Shown: positions 1-10,380, counted from the first letter of the stretch. The stretch is 64,000 nt of DNA from an uncultured virus (IMG/VR IMGVR_UViG_3300029288_000155) (IMGVR_UViG_3300029288_000155); one strand, 5' to 3'. The notes: generated by a model not told the origin, from the letters alone. Program-made: numbers and translations.

Positions 1-165
1 TTTTTACAGTGTTCTCCGTCAAAAAAGGGGGATATTCCATTACTTATCTATGATTTTGTGACTGAAACAAAATTTAAGAAAATGAAGTTTTCATAGTCCA
101 GGATCAATTTTTCTAGTTTTTATATGTGATTTTAATTTATACTATTAAAAAGAAAGACAAAAATA

Positions 166-711
166 ATGAGTAATTTACTAGAAAAAAAAGAGATTTTAGA
201 TGGAAAATATACTGCAAATATTTATGTAGATGATTGTATGGATGTTCCTATCAATAATGGAAACAATGTTGGTGAATATATTTATTGCGGAAAAAAATAT
301 AACTTCGGCAATAAAAAATTTAAAAGTATCGAAGAAATAGATAAATATATTAAGCGTAAAATAAATATTGTTTTTCCTTGGTATATGTATGAACATAGTG
401 GAATTGGATTTAGTTTAAATAATAATTCTTATCCCTTTAATTGCCCTTGGGACGCTGGACAGATTGGATATATCGTTGTCCCTAAGAAAACAGCAATTAA
501 AGAATGGGGAAAGAATTTTACACAAGAACAAGTTGAAAATTATATTAAAGCTGAACTTATGGAATATCAGCACTATATCAATAATGATTTTCTTTGTATT
601 TCTATCCAGGATGAAAAAGGCGAAATTATTGATTCTTGTGGCGCTATTATTGACGCCGATGAATTTATTGAAGAATTTGAAACAAAAATGAAAGAAAAAC
701 AAAATGCTTAA
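166..711 (+). CDS. Hypothetical phage protein (YxHSG...CPWDxGQxG motif)
   Basis: 181-aa ORF behind the TCCAGG element at 97. Confidence 0.75.
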   Translation: MSNLLEKKEILDGKYTANIYVDDCMDVPINNGNNVGEYIYCGKKYNFGNKKFKSIEEIDKYIKRKINIVFPWYMYEHSGIGFSLNNNSYPFNCPWDAGQIGYIVVPKKTAIKEWGKNFTQEQVENYIKAELMEYQHYINNDFLCISIQDEKGEIIDSCGAIIDADEFIEEFETKMKEKQNA

Positions 712-937
712 ATGGATAAAAGAATATTTTGAAAATAGAGACAAAAGAATAATGTTATTAGATGAACTTAGGATTCTAAATGAAGCCTTGTTTTTAATTG
801 AATATTATTATCGTAAAGATGATATAGATACAATTACAGATAAAAATGGAACTAAATTAAAAGATATTATAAAGGGAATAAAAGAGGAAATTTCTATTAA
901 ACTTGCCAAAATTATGACCAAAGAAGATGAAGATTAA
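704..937 (+). CDS. Hypothetical protein
   Basis: 77-aa ORF overlapping the upstream stop. Confidence 0.6.
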   Translation: MLKWIKEYFENRDKRIMLLDELRILNEALFLIEYYYRKDDIDTITDKNGTKLKDIIKGIKEEISIKLAKIMTKEDED

Positions 938-959
938 GATTATTAAATAGGAAAATACG

Positions 960-1307
960 ATGGAACATAAAGATATAAAAATAGTTGTAGATCAAATTAT
1001 AGTTGACCTTATGATTCGAGCCGAATCTTTTATATTATATGATGTTACTAAAGTAGTTAGACTTTATTATAAAGATAATTCAATTTCTCATTCAATTATC
1101 AAAAATATTTTCAATGAAGAAAAGATATTTGATAGAATGTCTATAGATGAAGATTATCATAGAAAACTTATAATTTTAAACTATAAAAATAAAAAGATTG
1201 GACCTTTTTATCTTTATCAAAGTAGTAATGATTATTATGATAAAAAGATTTATTATCCCAATGCTGAATTATTTGTCCCAGATTATGATAATGTTCCTAT
1301 TTTTTAA
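960..1307 (+). CDS. Hypothetical protein, weakly similar to 13785..14144
   Basis: AGGA RBS; shared FxxYDV and YxRxLxxL pattern. Confidence 0.6.
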   Translation: MEHKDIKIVVDQIIVDLMIRAESFILYDVTKVVRLYYKDNSISHSIIKNIFNEEKIFDRMSIDEDYHRKLIILNYKNKKIGPFYLYQSSNDYYDKKIYYPNAELFVPDYDNVPIF

Positions 1308-1380
1308 AGTCCAGGATAAATTTTTCATTTTTTTTATTATGTAAAAAAATAAAAATAAATAAAAATAAAGATTATATCTA

Positions 1381-1418
1381 TTTTATTAGCTATTAAATTC
1401 AATAGATATTACACTGTA
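1381..1418 (+). promoter_or_regulatory. Second promoter-like element TAGCTA-N17-TACACT, copy 1
   Basis: TTTTATTAGCTAtyAAATTC...TATTACACTGTA is repeated at 2062-2099 with identical spacing; both copies precede an AAGGA RBS. Confidence 0.6.
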
Positions 1419-1446
1419 AAGATTAACAATTTAAGGAATAAAAAAA

Positions 1447-2061
1447 ATGAATAAAGATGAAGCAAAAACTATGTCGGAAATAGCTGAAGGTATTGTTTCT
1501 GATTATGGACGTACTAAACTTGATTCTCTTTTATATTTAAGTCGTGAATTAGAAGGACAAATTAAAAGAAAAATTTGGGAAAAATATATTGATATTTTTG
1601 AAAATATTTTAAAAATTTGCAAAGAAAAAAAATATATAAGTGGTGATGGGCAATATTGTTCATGCGACAATTTCTTTTTTTGGGTAGAAAATTGGGATAA
1701 TGAAACACAAGTTTTAATTTGTATTTCAACGTCAGGTATTGTAAATTTAGCATTTATTCAGAAAAAAAAAGACAATCAATATTATATTTGTGAATTTTGT
1801 GATGAGGAAAATAAAAAACATTTTAAAAATGATTCTATTAAACTTCTAACTGAAAATCAATTAAAAGAAAAAATGCCTATTCTTTCTTTACAAAAAGATA
1901 TAGGGATTTTACTTGATTATGATAAAAAAGATTTTTCTTCTGATTCTTATGTTTTATATGATAATTCGGTCAAAATAATGCAAAGATTTTATTGTGCTAT
2001 TTTACAATTTGAAAATGTTGCTGATGAATTGGGAATTTTACAACAAAAAGCGTGGTGGTGA
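1447..2061 (+). CDS. Hypothetical protein
   Basis: 204-aa ORF with AAGGA RBS. Confidence 0.75.
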   Translation: MNKDEAKTMSEIAEGIVSDYGRTKLDSLLYLSRELEGQIKRKIWEKYIDIFENILKICKEKKYISGDGQYCSCDNFFFWVENWDNETQVLICISTSGIVNLAFIQKKKDNQYYICEFCDEENKKHFKNDSIKLLTENQLKEKMPILSLQKDIGILLDYDKKDFSSDSYVLYDNSVKIMQRFYCAILQFENVADELGILQQKAWW

Positions 2062-2099
2062 TTTTATTAGCTATCAAATTCGGTTTTTATTACACTGTA
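2062..2099 (+). promoter_or_regulatory. Second promoter-like element TAGCTA-N17-TACACT, copy 2
   Basis: Near-identical to 1381-1418; starts directly after the upstream stop codon. Confidence 0.6.
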
Positions 2100-2131
2100 G
2101 AGAATAATAATTTTATTTAAGGAATAAAAAA

Positions 2132-2347
2132 ATGACAGTAAAAGAATTAATAGAAAAACTTAAAAAACTACCAGAAAATGCTAAAGTAGAAATGTGTTAT
2201 AGAGAATATGGTGATGCTGATGATACTTGTGGATATACAAGAGAATCAGATGTTGAAAATATTTATTTATCAAATGATGAAAAAGAAGTTATGATAACAA
2301 CTAACGGTGAGCTTATGTTTAATGGGAATTTTACAGAGATAGATTGA
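2132..2347 (+). CDS. Hypothetical phage protein (MTVKELIEKLKKLP-type N-terminus)
   Basis: 71-aa ORF, AAGGA RBS. Confidence 0.75.
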   Translation: MTVKELIEKLKKLPENAKVEMCYREYGDADDTCGYTRESDVENIYLSNDEKEVMITTNGELMFNGNFTEID

Positions 2348-2631
2348 ATAAAATGAATGAAATTTTTAAAAAAAACGTAGATATATTAATTAATTTATGG
2401 CAATTAAATGATGGAAGTATTGTTTTTTTTTGGGACACTGGAATAGATGATATTAAATATCCTATAAAAGGTATAACTATATCTAAAGATGGAGATTTAA
2501 CTTTATCATTAGAGACGTTCCAGGATTCATTTATTGATAAAAGAAGTATAGCCTTTGAACTAAGAGAAGATAAAAATGCTTGGAATAGAATTTTAGTGTT
2601 TAAAAAAGAAAAAATAGAATGGGAACAATAA
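2344..2631 (+). CDS. Hypothetical protein, paralog of 21080..21445
   Basis: Shared LIxxW...IxG...GDLxL...LxEDxxxWxRIxV(F/Y) pattern. Confidence 0.65.
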   Translation: MNKMNEIFKKNVDILINLWQLNDGSIVFFWDTGIDDIKYPIKGITISKDGDLTLSLETFQDSFIDKRSIAFELREDKNAWNRILVFKKEKIEWEQ

Positions 2632-2632
2632 A

Positions 2633-2887
2633 ATGAACAAAGAATGTATAAATGTTATTGTTTCAAACAAACAAGACGAAATTATTTTGATTAATTCTTT
2701 CATTGGACGAGAAAATGATACACTTCTTAACAAAGAAGTAGAAGAATGTTTTATTAATTTATGTTCTGAATATAATGTTCAAATAGAAGAAAATGAGGTC
2801 CAGGATATTTTAAATGATGGATATGTTGAAAATATAAATTGTGTAATTCGTATCTTTCATTCTCAAAATGTTACAGAAGTTTTTTAA
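2633..2887 (+). CDS. Hypothetical protein
   Basis: 84-aa ORF; contains a complete TCCAGG-N17-TATGTT element at 2799-2827. Confidence 0.65.
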   Translation: MNKECINVIVSNKQDEIILINSFIGRENDTLLNKEVEECFINLCSEYNVQIEENEVQDILNDGYVENINCVIRIFHSQNVTEVF

Positions 2888-2897
2888 GGGATAAATA

Positions 2898-3083
2898 ATG
2901 TTAAATTCTAAAATCCGTATTTCTAAAAATATGAGTGGAATGGTTTATATTAAATCTGGAGAAACAGAAATTCAAATAGATATTCCTAGTTTAACTTTTG
3001 AAGAAAAAAGGGGATTAATAAATGGAATTGCAAACATATTGCAAGATATAGCTTGTTATATGTATAAGCCGGATAAAGAATAG
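2898..3083 (+). CDS. Hypothetical protein
   Basis: 61-aa ORF, AAGGGA RBS. Confidence 0.6.
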   Translation: MLNSKIRISKNMSGMVYIKSGETEIQIDIPSLTFEEKRGLINGIANILQDIACYMYKPDKE

Positions 3084-3289
3084 TTTTTATTAAAATATAA
3101 AAGATGTTTAATTCAACTAACACGACGCTTTGAGAAATTTATTTCCAGCATGAAGTTAAGTTATTAAACATTTTTTTTAATTGTCAATTAGAATATACTT
3201 TGTCCAGTTGAAAAAACTTTGTCCAGGATCTAAAAATATCAAAAATACATAGTTGTTTTGATAATTATAACAAATTAAAGGGTTAAAAA

Positions 3290-3730
3290 ATGAGCGCTTT
3301 TGTTGTATCAGATAAAACTATTAATCGTATTATTAGTTTCTTCTTAGATAATAGTTGTGATAAAAAAAATAAATATTGGTATGATTTATCTCCGTTGCGA
3401 TTATTAAATTATATCCCAATTGAATCTACAGAATGGGATGAAAAAAACGGAGAAAAATTAGCAAAAGCAATGTTTACTCTTAATTGTAAAGCTGTTAAAG
3501 AAAGATATGAAGATAGTGATACTGTAGATTATAAATTACAGTATGGAAATTTGGTAAAGAATATAGATGTTTTCCAAGCAATTAAACATCTGAATTGTTT
3601 TCTTTATCAATGTTCAGAAGGAAAAATTATTAATACAAAATTATATAAGGCAATAGAGAAAGTAGTTGGAAATATTGCTTTAACAGTGATATGTGATGAT
3701 ACTAAATATGAAGATGCTGAATGGGATTAA
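3290..3730 (+). CDS. Hypothetical phage protein (MSAFVV...YQCxE type)
   Basis: 146-aa ORF behind the element at 3222. Confidence 0.75.
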   Translation: MSAFVVSDKTINRIISFFLDNSCDKKNKYWYDLSPLRLLNYIPIESTEWDEKNGEKLAKAMFTLNCKAVKERYEDSDTVDYKLQYGNLVKNIDVFQAIKHLNCFLYQCSEGKIINTKLYKAIEKVVGNIALTVICDDTKYEDAEWD

Positions 3731-3735
3731 AAATT

Positions 3736-4107
3736 ATGAAAAAAAATATATTCATTTTAGATGATGATAAAATAAGGATTGATGAGTTCAGACATTATTA
3801 TAGGGGAGATCTAATTTTTATAGCCTCAAATACTGATGAGGCAAAAGAGTTATTGTTAAATAATTCTTTTAATATTATCTTTTTAGATCATGATTTAGGG
3901 GATAATAATGGATGCGGAATAGATATTGTTGATTTTATTATTAACAATAATATTCATAAAAAAACAACTATCTATGTTCATTCTATGAATCCATCAGCTT
4001 CTACAAGTATGTATAAAACATTAATGCGTAAGGGATTTAATGTATGGAAAGTCCCTTATTCAAAATTATTACACTATTTTAATAGCGAAAAAAATGATGA
4101 TTTTTGA
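3736..4107 (+). CDS. Receiver-like domain protein (cyclic-phosphate-processing receiver type)
   Basis: ILDDD, FLDHDLG...G and YVHSMNP motifs; start chosen at the second ATG after the upstream stop. Confidence 0.75.
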   Translation: MKKNIFILDDDKIRIDEFRHYYRGDLIFIASNTDEAKELLLNNSFNIIFLDHDLGDNNGCGIDIVDFIINNNIHKKTTIYVHSMNPSASTSMYKTLMRKGFNVWKVPYSKLLHYFNSEKNDDF

Positions 4108-4184
4108 TTATGGGGGAAAGTCCAGGATAATTTTTTCAATTTTTAATATGTGTTTTTAATTATATTATTTTTAAGGACAAAAAA

Positions 4185-4769
4185 ATGAAGAAGATTGTTT
4201 TTCTGTTGTTTATTTCTTTTATTCTTGGTATGGTAAGTAATGTTTTTGCAAAGAATGAAAAAATTCTTAAAGCCATTCAAATGCAAGAATCTGGCTCATA
4301 TAAAGAATCTGGAATTAGTTATTCTATTGGGGATAAAAAAAATCTCTATAAAAATAATAAAAATGATATGAAACTTCTAGATTCTATTAAAAATAAAGAT
4401 AAAAATTATTCTCGATACGTAAAAGAAAAAAGCAAAATTATTAAGGGTAAGAGAGTTTTTTACTATGAATTATATCTAGCTAAGGGGGCTTTCCAAATTC
4501 ATCCTGATTATTGGACTGATGCTAAAGAATATGCCTTACGAAATAAATTAATTAATAAAGATGATTATATTTATGAAAAAGATGTATGGAATATTGAAAA
4601 GTCTAGGAATATTGTTACTTGGTATATTCAAAGATATGAAAAAAATGCTTGGGATAAGGGAATTAATGAAATTTTAGCTAAGGTTCATAATGGCGGATTA
4701 AATTGGCGAAAATATCCCAATGTAAAGAAATATTGGGCAGATGTAAAGAAAAAGTTAGCTAAACTTTGA
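4185..4769 (+). CDS. Secreted lysozyme-like protein (invertebrate-type/destabilase-like)
   Basis: Signal peptide ending VFA; AIxMQESG, GAFQIxxxYWxDA and HNGG motifs. Confidence 0.7.
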   Translation: MKKIVFLLFISFILGMVSNVFAKNEKILKAIQMQESGSYKESGISYSIGDKKNLYKNNKNDMKLLDSIKNKDKNYSRYVKEKSKIIKGKRVFYYELYLAKGAFQIHPDYWTDAKEYALRNKLINKDDYIYEKDVWNIEKSRNIVTWYIQRYEKNAWDKGINEILAKVHNGGLNWRKYPNVKKYWADVKKKLAKL

Positions 4770-4859
4770 TTCCCAGTCGAAAGGACTTTCAGTCCAGGAT
4801 AAAAAATCCATTTTTGTATTTTAGTTTCAAATTAAGTTTATAAAATAAAGGAAAATAGA

Positions 4860-5267
4860 ATGAGTTCAACACACGACGAAATTGAATGCCCACGATGCGG
4901 AGCAATGGCTGACAGAGAGCAAGATAATAATTCTGGTGAAATTAATGTTCATTGTTATCGTTGCAAATGGGATGGAAGCAATGATACCCCTATTGATATG
5001 GATAATATCAAATTTGTTTGCCCAGAATGTGGGGAAGATACACTAGATGAGAATATTATTAATGCGAATGTTCAACGTCGTATTCTTAATATTTCTGAAA
5101 ATTATGGCAATTCTGATTTTGACCAAAATCCAGATATTAATGATGGGGAAACTACCCATTATTCTTGTTCCCATTGTGGATATGAAATTAAAGATAAAAA
5201 TGGTAATTTCATTCAAGAATATGATGATTTAATTGAATGGCTTCTTGGAAATTGTGAACAAGAATAA
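4860..5267 (+). CDS. Double zinc-ribbon protein; C-terminal half paralogous to 19648..19914
   Basis: Four CxxC pairs; shared FxCPxCG...CxxCG...DLxxW...CxQE. Confidence 0.75.
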   Translation: MSSTHDEIECPRCGAMADREQDNNSGEINVHCYRCKWDGSNDTPIDMDNIKFVCPECGEDTLDENIINANVQRRILNISENYGNSDFDQNPDINDGETTHYSCSHCGYEIKDKNGNFIQEYDDLIEWLLGNCEQE

Positions 5268-5321
5268 AAAAAAATTTAGTATTCAAATTTAGTAAACAAA
5301 TATTAAAAAGGTTAATTTTTT

Positions 5322-5744
5322 ATGAAAAATCTTGAGCCAACAGATAAATTATTAAAGACAGTAGAAGAATTAAATTTGCAACAAAAACACTTTTTGAATT
5401 CTATTTATACTGTTCATGGAATACTTGTTAATCATTTTAAATTAAGTGAAAATTTAATAGGTACTCTTTTTAATAAAAATAAAAATGTTAATATAATTGA
5501 AAGTAAATTATTTTGTATAAAAATTATTTCAAATTGTGACAATATTTTTCCTCAAATAAAAGAAAAATACTTGCTTATTTTTCAAAATATGGGACTGTCC
5601 ATAGACTATTTATATCCAAAAACTTACTTTAATGACAAAGTTAATCATAATTTTGTAGCTTTGAAAGAAAAGGGAATTGAGTTTTTAATTGATACTATAG
5701 ATTCTGGAGAATATGAATTTACTATTGATTTGACTATATTTTGA
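5322..5744 (+). CDS. Hypothetical protein
   Basis: 140-aa ORF. Confidence 0.6.
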   Translation: MKNLEPTDKLLKTVEELNLQQKHFLNSIYTVHGILVNHFKLSENLIGTLFNKNKNVNIIESKLFCIKIISNCDNIFPQIKEKYLLIFQNMGLSIDYLYPKTYFNDKVNHNFVALKEKGIEFLIDTIDSGEYEFTIDLTIF

Positions 5745-5809
5745 TTTTCCAGGATCTAAAAACTAAAAAATAAGATATAAACATTAACAAAATATTAAAG
5801 GATAAAAAA

Positions 5810-5980
5810 ATGGATACAGTAGTAGCAAAAGTTACATTAAAATTGACAATGAAAATGAGTGATAGTTCTGATTTTCAAGAAGTAATAAATGAATTAGATA
5901 TAACTGTTTTAGATACTTTAGGATTGGCTGATATTGAAGATTTTGAAGTTTTAGACGCAGAAGTAATTGATTCTAACTAA
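5810..5980 (+). CDS. Small acidic hypothetical protein (56 aa, below ORF-track cutoff)
   Basis: Element at 5748, AAAGGA RBS, MDTVVAKVTL...EVIDSN*. Confidence 0.7.
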   Translation: MDTVVAKVTLKLTMKMSDSSDFQEVINELDITVLDTLGLADIEDFEVLDAEVIDSN

Positions 5981-6110
5981 AATATTGAAAGAACCTTAGT
6001 CCAGGATCTAAAAAATAGAAAGTACGATGTAAAACAAAGGAAAGATTAGGAAAAACGAAAGTGTTAAATGTTAATGATAAAAGGACTTATCATTAAAATA
6101 AAAATCAAGG

Positions 6111-6362
6111 ATGGAAACCTATAATTCCGAAAGGAAATATATGAATAAGTTTCGTTTTTCTATGTTGATTGTAATTATTGTAGGAATGTTGAGTTGTATT
6201 GGATGTCAAATGGAATTGAATGGACCCTCTGTAAAAGCCAGTATTTATCAAAAGAATGAAAATAATGGCGAAGTATGGAAATCCCGTATGTCCGGGGGAA
6301 GTACTTCAACTGGTCCAGGAACTGGAAGTGTTTGGGCTTGGGGAAATGGAGATAATAAGTAA
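6111..6362 (+). CDS. Putative small lipoprotein (alternative start 6141)
   Basis: Basic N-terminus, hydrophobic stretch and lipobox-like CIGC; Gly/Ser-rich tail. Confidence 0.55.
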   Translation: METYNSERKYMNKFRFSMLIVIIVGMLSCIGCQMELNGPSVKASIYQKNENNGEVWKSRMSGGSTSTGPGTGSVWAWGNGDNK

Positions 6363-6659
6363 TGAATTTACTACAACAATTATTCGGAATTTCAATTTCT
6401 CTTGATGGAGTTGCTGTTAATATGAAGTGGATGCTTTTGTGGCCCGTCATTGTATTTAATGGATGGGTTTACTATAAAGCGTTTTTTAAGAAAGAAAAAT
6501 CAAAGTAACCTTGTTTGTTGTTTTTGTGGCAAAGATGAGTATAATAATCTAACTATTATACTCATCTTGTTTTTTAGTTCATTAGGATGTACTTCGTCCA
6601 GGATTAATTTTTTTTATTTTGATACACTGAAATAATGTTTTTTTAAGGAATAATTATTT

Positions 6660-7109
6660 ATGAGTAAAAAGTTTATTATTCTTAGGGGCGCACCGGGATC
6701 TGGGAAAAGTTTTAAGGCTAAACAATTAGTAGGGGATACTGGGATTATTTGTTCAGCAGATAACTTTTTTACAGTTAATGGGCATTATAATTTTGATATT
6801 ACTAAGATTAAAGATGCCCATAAGGAATGTCAAGATTTAGCCTTAGATGCTTTGCAAAATGAAGTAGATACGGTTATTATTGATAATACAAATACGACTA
6901 TTACTGAAATGAAAAGTTATATCCCTCATATTAAATTGGCTCAAAAGAAGGGATATTCTATTGAAATTATTGAGGCAGATTCTGAATGGGCTTTTAATAT
7001 TGATGAACTTTACAAAAGGAATACTCATAATGTTCCTAAACAAGTAATCGAAAATATGGTAAAAAGATATAAGAAAAATGTTACTATTCAAGATATTTTG
7101 GAAGGATAA
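6660..7109 (+). CDS. P-loop kinase (AAA_33 / N4BP2-like)
   Basis: LRGAPGSGKS Walker A; SADNFF, IIDNTN and RNTHNVP motifs. Confidence 0.88.
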   Translation: MSKKFIILRGAPGSGKSFKAKQLVGDTGIICSADNFFTVNGHYNFDITKIKDAHKECQDLALDALQNEVDTVIIDNTNTTITEMKSYIPHIKLAQKKGYSIEIIEADSEWAFNIDELYKRNTHNVPKQVIENMVKRYKKNVTIQDILEG

Positions 7110-7299
7110 AAATGTTCATATTAATGTTAATCTCAATTGCTGTTCTTTTCTTATTAATAATTATTGGAGATCGGAATAGTAAAGTATATATTAAACCTAC
7201 TATTCCTAAACCGAATATGGTTCCACCAAGTCAAAAGCCTAAATCCAGGATCTAAAAATCATATTTTATGATGTGTTTTTTTAGAACAAACTTACAAAA

Positions 7300-7677
7300 A
7301 TGGATAAAAAAATGAAACAAGAAATTTGTCTATCAGAAAAAGAACAAGAGTTATTAGGAGTTTTATTGTCCTTAAAAATTGAAAGAGAATTAGTAAGGAA
7401 ACAAAGCAGTTCTCCATATCAGAAGCATAATGGATATGGATACTGTTTAGAATATCCATGTTGGGGAGTTTCTATTTTTATCAATAAAAATGAAAATAAT
7501 AAAGTAGAAGTTTGGACCAGTGGTTATTCAAAGACAAAAGAAGAAAGAATTATACGTTCTTATTATATATCCAAAATACGAAAAATTATTAATAATTACA
7601 ATAACGGTATCTTACCTAAAAAAATGGTTAAAGTAAAAAGTAATTTTTCTATGTATGTCAGTGTTATAGATAATTAA
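7300..7677 (+). CDS. Hypothetical protein
   Basis: 125-aa ORF behind the element at 7244. Confidence 0.65.
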   Translation: MDKKMKQEICLSEKEQELLGVLLSLKIERELVRKQSSSPYQKHNGYGYCLEYPCWGVSIFINKNENNKVEVWTSGYSKTKEERIIRSYYISKIRKIINNYNNGILPKKMVKVKSNFSMYVSVIDN

Positions 7678-7777
7678 TAGTTAACATATAAAACGTATTT
7701 TTTTGAATAGTTTTTCCAGGATCTAAAATTCAATTTTAGTTTGTAATAAACATTAACTATTAAAAAGGAATACAAAA

Positions 7778-8482
7778 ATGTCTATTGAGTTTATTAATGA
7801 TTTTACTGCTAAAATGAATAATACTACCACCGAACAATATAAAAATAATCTCAATCAATTCCTTGAAAAAATTGATGTTCTGGAAAATGCTGTTAATATT
7901 GCAGTAATTAAAAATTTTGAAGATTATAAGAAATGTTCAGAATTAAAAGCAATTTTATCTTCTTTGTTTTGTTTTTCTTTTAATAATAAATTACCGGAAT
8001 TTGAGAAAATTGCTAAAATTGAAAGTTCTTTAGGTAAAAAATTGTTAGACTTTGTAAAGAAAAATACAGTTAAAAATAGTGAGATAAAAACCGTTGTTCG
8101 TTATCTTTTATGGGGAAAATATTATTCTCAACAAAGTTTTTCAAAGATTTACGAAGTATTAAAGAAACATAATCTTTTGCGTCGTCAAGGGGATAATTTA
8201 TGCGTTATTGGGCTTCATTATAAAGTGGGGGATAATCTTTTTACTGTAGATTATAATGGAAGAGAACATAGGCAATATGTATCTTGGGCAGGATTTCAAG
8301 CCTTTTATAATAAAAGTGGACAATTCAAACAATTTATTATTGATACAGATAAATGGAATGAAATTCCTGAATTGGAAGATATTTATGAAATTACTGGGCT
8401 TCATGATGGTAAATATGCTGTTCGACCTATTGGATTAAACAAAAAAGAAAGAAATTTGATACAAGAAAAATACACTTATTAA
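7778..8482 (+). CDS. Hypothetical protein
   Basis: 234-aa ORF, AAGGA RBS. Confidence 0.75.
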   Translation: MSIEFINDFTAKMNNTTTEQYKNNLNQFLEKIDVLENAVNIAVIKNFEDYKKCSELKAILSSLFCFSFNNKLPEFEKIAKIESSLGKKLLDFVKKNTVKNSEIKTVVRYLLWGKYYSQQSFSKIYEVLKKHNLLRRQGDNLCVIGLHYKVGDNLFTVDYNGREHRQYVSWAGFQAFYNKSGQFKQFIIDTDKWNEIPELEDIYEITGLHDGKYAVRPIGLNKKERNLIQEKYTY

Positions 8483-8597
8483 AAATTTTTCAGTAGGATA
8501 GACTTTCAGTCCAGTTCAAAGGACTTTCAGTCCAGGATAATTTTTTCTAAAAATAGATTGTTATTTTATAAAAAATAGTAATTAAAGGAAAACAAAA

Positions 8598-9044
8598 ATG
8601 AATAAAATAGATATTATGAGTTATAAAAATTGTAAAATTGAAGTATTAGTAAAAGATATAGGAAACGGAATTATAGTAAAAAAACAAAATGCTATTAATT
8701 CTGATAATTTTTTATTAGGGTTTGATATAAATTGTCCTGAAAAACGTTTTTTTATTAATATATTAGATGGAAATGTTAGTGTAGCAAATACAAATGAAAC
8801 TGTTTTTCTTGCTAGAATACTATTTCATTCAAAAAGTCATTCATTTATTGCAAAATATGATAATATCCCCAATATTGGAGATACTATCGTAAGTATGAAA
8901 GGCGAATTATTTACATTAATAAATAATCCGAATTCAATTTATTTATTCTCAGCGAAAGATAATAATGGAAATATTATTGATATATTGTCTGATAAATTAG
9001 ATTATTATTTGATACGAAAAAATAATGATATTTTTTTAATGTAA
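8598..9044 (+). CDS. Hypothetical protein
   Basis: 148-aa ORF, AAGGA RBS. Confidence 0.7.
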   Translation: MNKIDIMSYKNCKIEVLVKDIGNGIIVKKQNAINSDNFLLGFDINCPEKRFFINILDGNVSVANTNETVFLARILFHSKSHSFIAKYDNIPNIGDTIVSMKGELFTLINNPNSIYLFSAKDNNGNIIDILSDKLDYYLIRKNNDIFLM

Positions 9045-9099
9045 TATTTTCCAGGATCTATTTTTATAATCTTATATAAACAATTAAAGGAATAAAAAA

Positions 9100-9363
9100 A
9101 TGATGAAAAGAATTATTTTGCCAGTATTTGATATAACGGTAGATCTTGATATTGAAAATGGTAGTGGTATTGTAACTTCTTCTTTAGGGAAAGAACAAGA
9201 AGATAATGAAGATTGGGATGAAAAAAATCTATATTTCGGAATGATTAATACACTTCATTCAATGATTTTATCTTGTGCTTGTGCTGGGATTGATATTGAA
9301 TCTCCTAAATTTTTAGAAGCTATTGAAACAACAGCAAATGCTATAGAAAATCAATTTTGTTAA
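9100..9363 (+). CDS. Hypothetical protein
   Basis: 87-aa ORF, AAGGA RBS. Confidence 0.7.
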   Translation: MMKRIILPVFDITVDLDIENGSGIVTSSLGKEQEDNEDWDEKNLYFGMINTLHSMILSCACAGIDIESPKFLEAIETTANAIENQFC

Positions 9364-9424
9364 TTTTTCCAGTATAATTTTTTAGAATTGTATGATCAAT
9401 AAAAATTTTATTAAGGAATAAAAA

Positions 9425-9760
9425 ATGAAAAAAAACAAAAAAGATCTTTTAGATATTGTTATTAATTATTGGTCTTATTTTCCTGAATTGGAAATGAATA
9501 AGGATATTTGTAAGGGGATTATTCATTATTACATTAAAACTTTAGGATATAAAAAATTAAAAGAAATTTATATCCGTAAAATTGAAGATGCAAAAAGGAC
9601 TAGAACAAAATATAAAAAGTTTCTTACTATCTATTATAAAGATGGAAGCTATTACATATATGATTATTCTAAAGGATTAACAAACGAAAGTTTGCAACAA
9701 ATAAGAAACACAAATTATTTAAGAAAACCCCTTCCAGTTCAAAGGACTTTTCCAGGATAA
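9425..9760 (+). CDS. Hypothetical protein
   Basis: 111-aa ORF whose last codons (PVQRTFPG*) are read through the next promoter repeat. Confidence 0.7.
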   Translation: MKKNKKDLLDIVINYWSYFPELEMNKDICKGIIHYYIKTLGYKKLKEIYIRKIEDAKRTRTKYKKFLTIYYKDGSYYIYDYSKGLTNESLQQIRNTNYLRKPLPVQRTFPG

Positions 9761-9810
9761 AAAATCCTTACACTATATTATCAATTTAATATTTTTTAAG
9801 GAAAACAAAA

Positions 9811-10380
9811 ATGACAACAACTTTTGAGAATCTGACAAAACAAGAAATTACAAAAAAACTGAAAGAATTATATGAAAGACTACAGATAGAATTTGGGTTT
9901 TATACAGATGATATAGAAATTGTTTTAAGTGAAAGATTAAATTCACGGATGGGGAGTGTTCAATATCTGTATGTATTTGATGGAAGCGATATTGTTGGGA
10001 TAAAAGATATTAAAGTAACAATGGCATTAAATTCTCTATCTCAATTTGGATGGGAAAGATTCGAGAAAACGTTTAGACATGAAGTTGCTCATATTATAAA
10101 TGCCCTTAAAGGGGGGAGAGGTCACGATAAGAGATTTAAGAGAATATGTTTAGCAATTGGGGGAAGTATGACCCCAACAATGGCAGGATATTCTTTTGCG
10201 GAGTGTGCTACAAAAGAATATCTAAAAACAAAAACAAAATATGAATATATTTGTCCTAAATGCGGAATAATTATTACAAGAGCAAAAAGAATGTCTCAAA
10301 AAATATTAACAAACCCAAGAAGGATTTGCCCTAAGTGTAGGACTTCTATAACTTTATTCAAAGAAAAAATAGTAAAATAG
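9811..10380 (+). CDS. SprT-like zinc metalloprotease
   Basis: HEVAH, GHxxxF and C-terminal CPKC...CPKC zinc ribbon. Confidence 0.88.
   Translation: MTTTFENLTKQEITKKLKELYERLQIEFGFYTDDIEIVLSERLNSRMGSVQYLYVFDGSDIVGIKDIKVTMALNSLSQFGWERFEKTFRHEVAHIINALKGGRGHDKRFKRICLAIGGSMTPTMAGYSFAECATKEYLKTKTKYEYICPKCGIIITRAKRMSQKILTNPRRICPKCRTSITLFKEKIVK

Noticed and set aside
605..2526. TCCAGGAT at 605 and 2519, and minus-strand matches near 32856 and 53384
   Set aside because: They lie inside coding sequence. The first two have no good -10 at 17 nt, and the others lie outside the array. Treated as probable chance matches.
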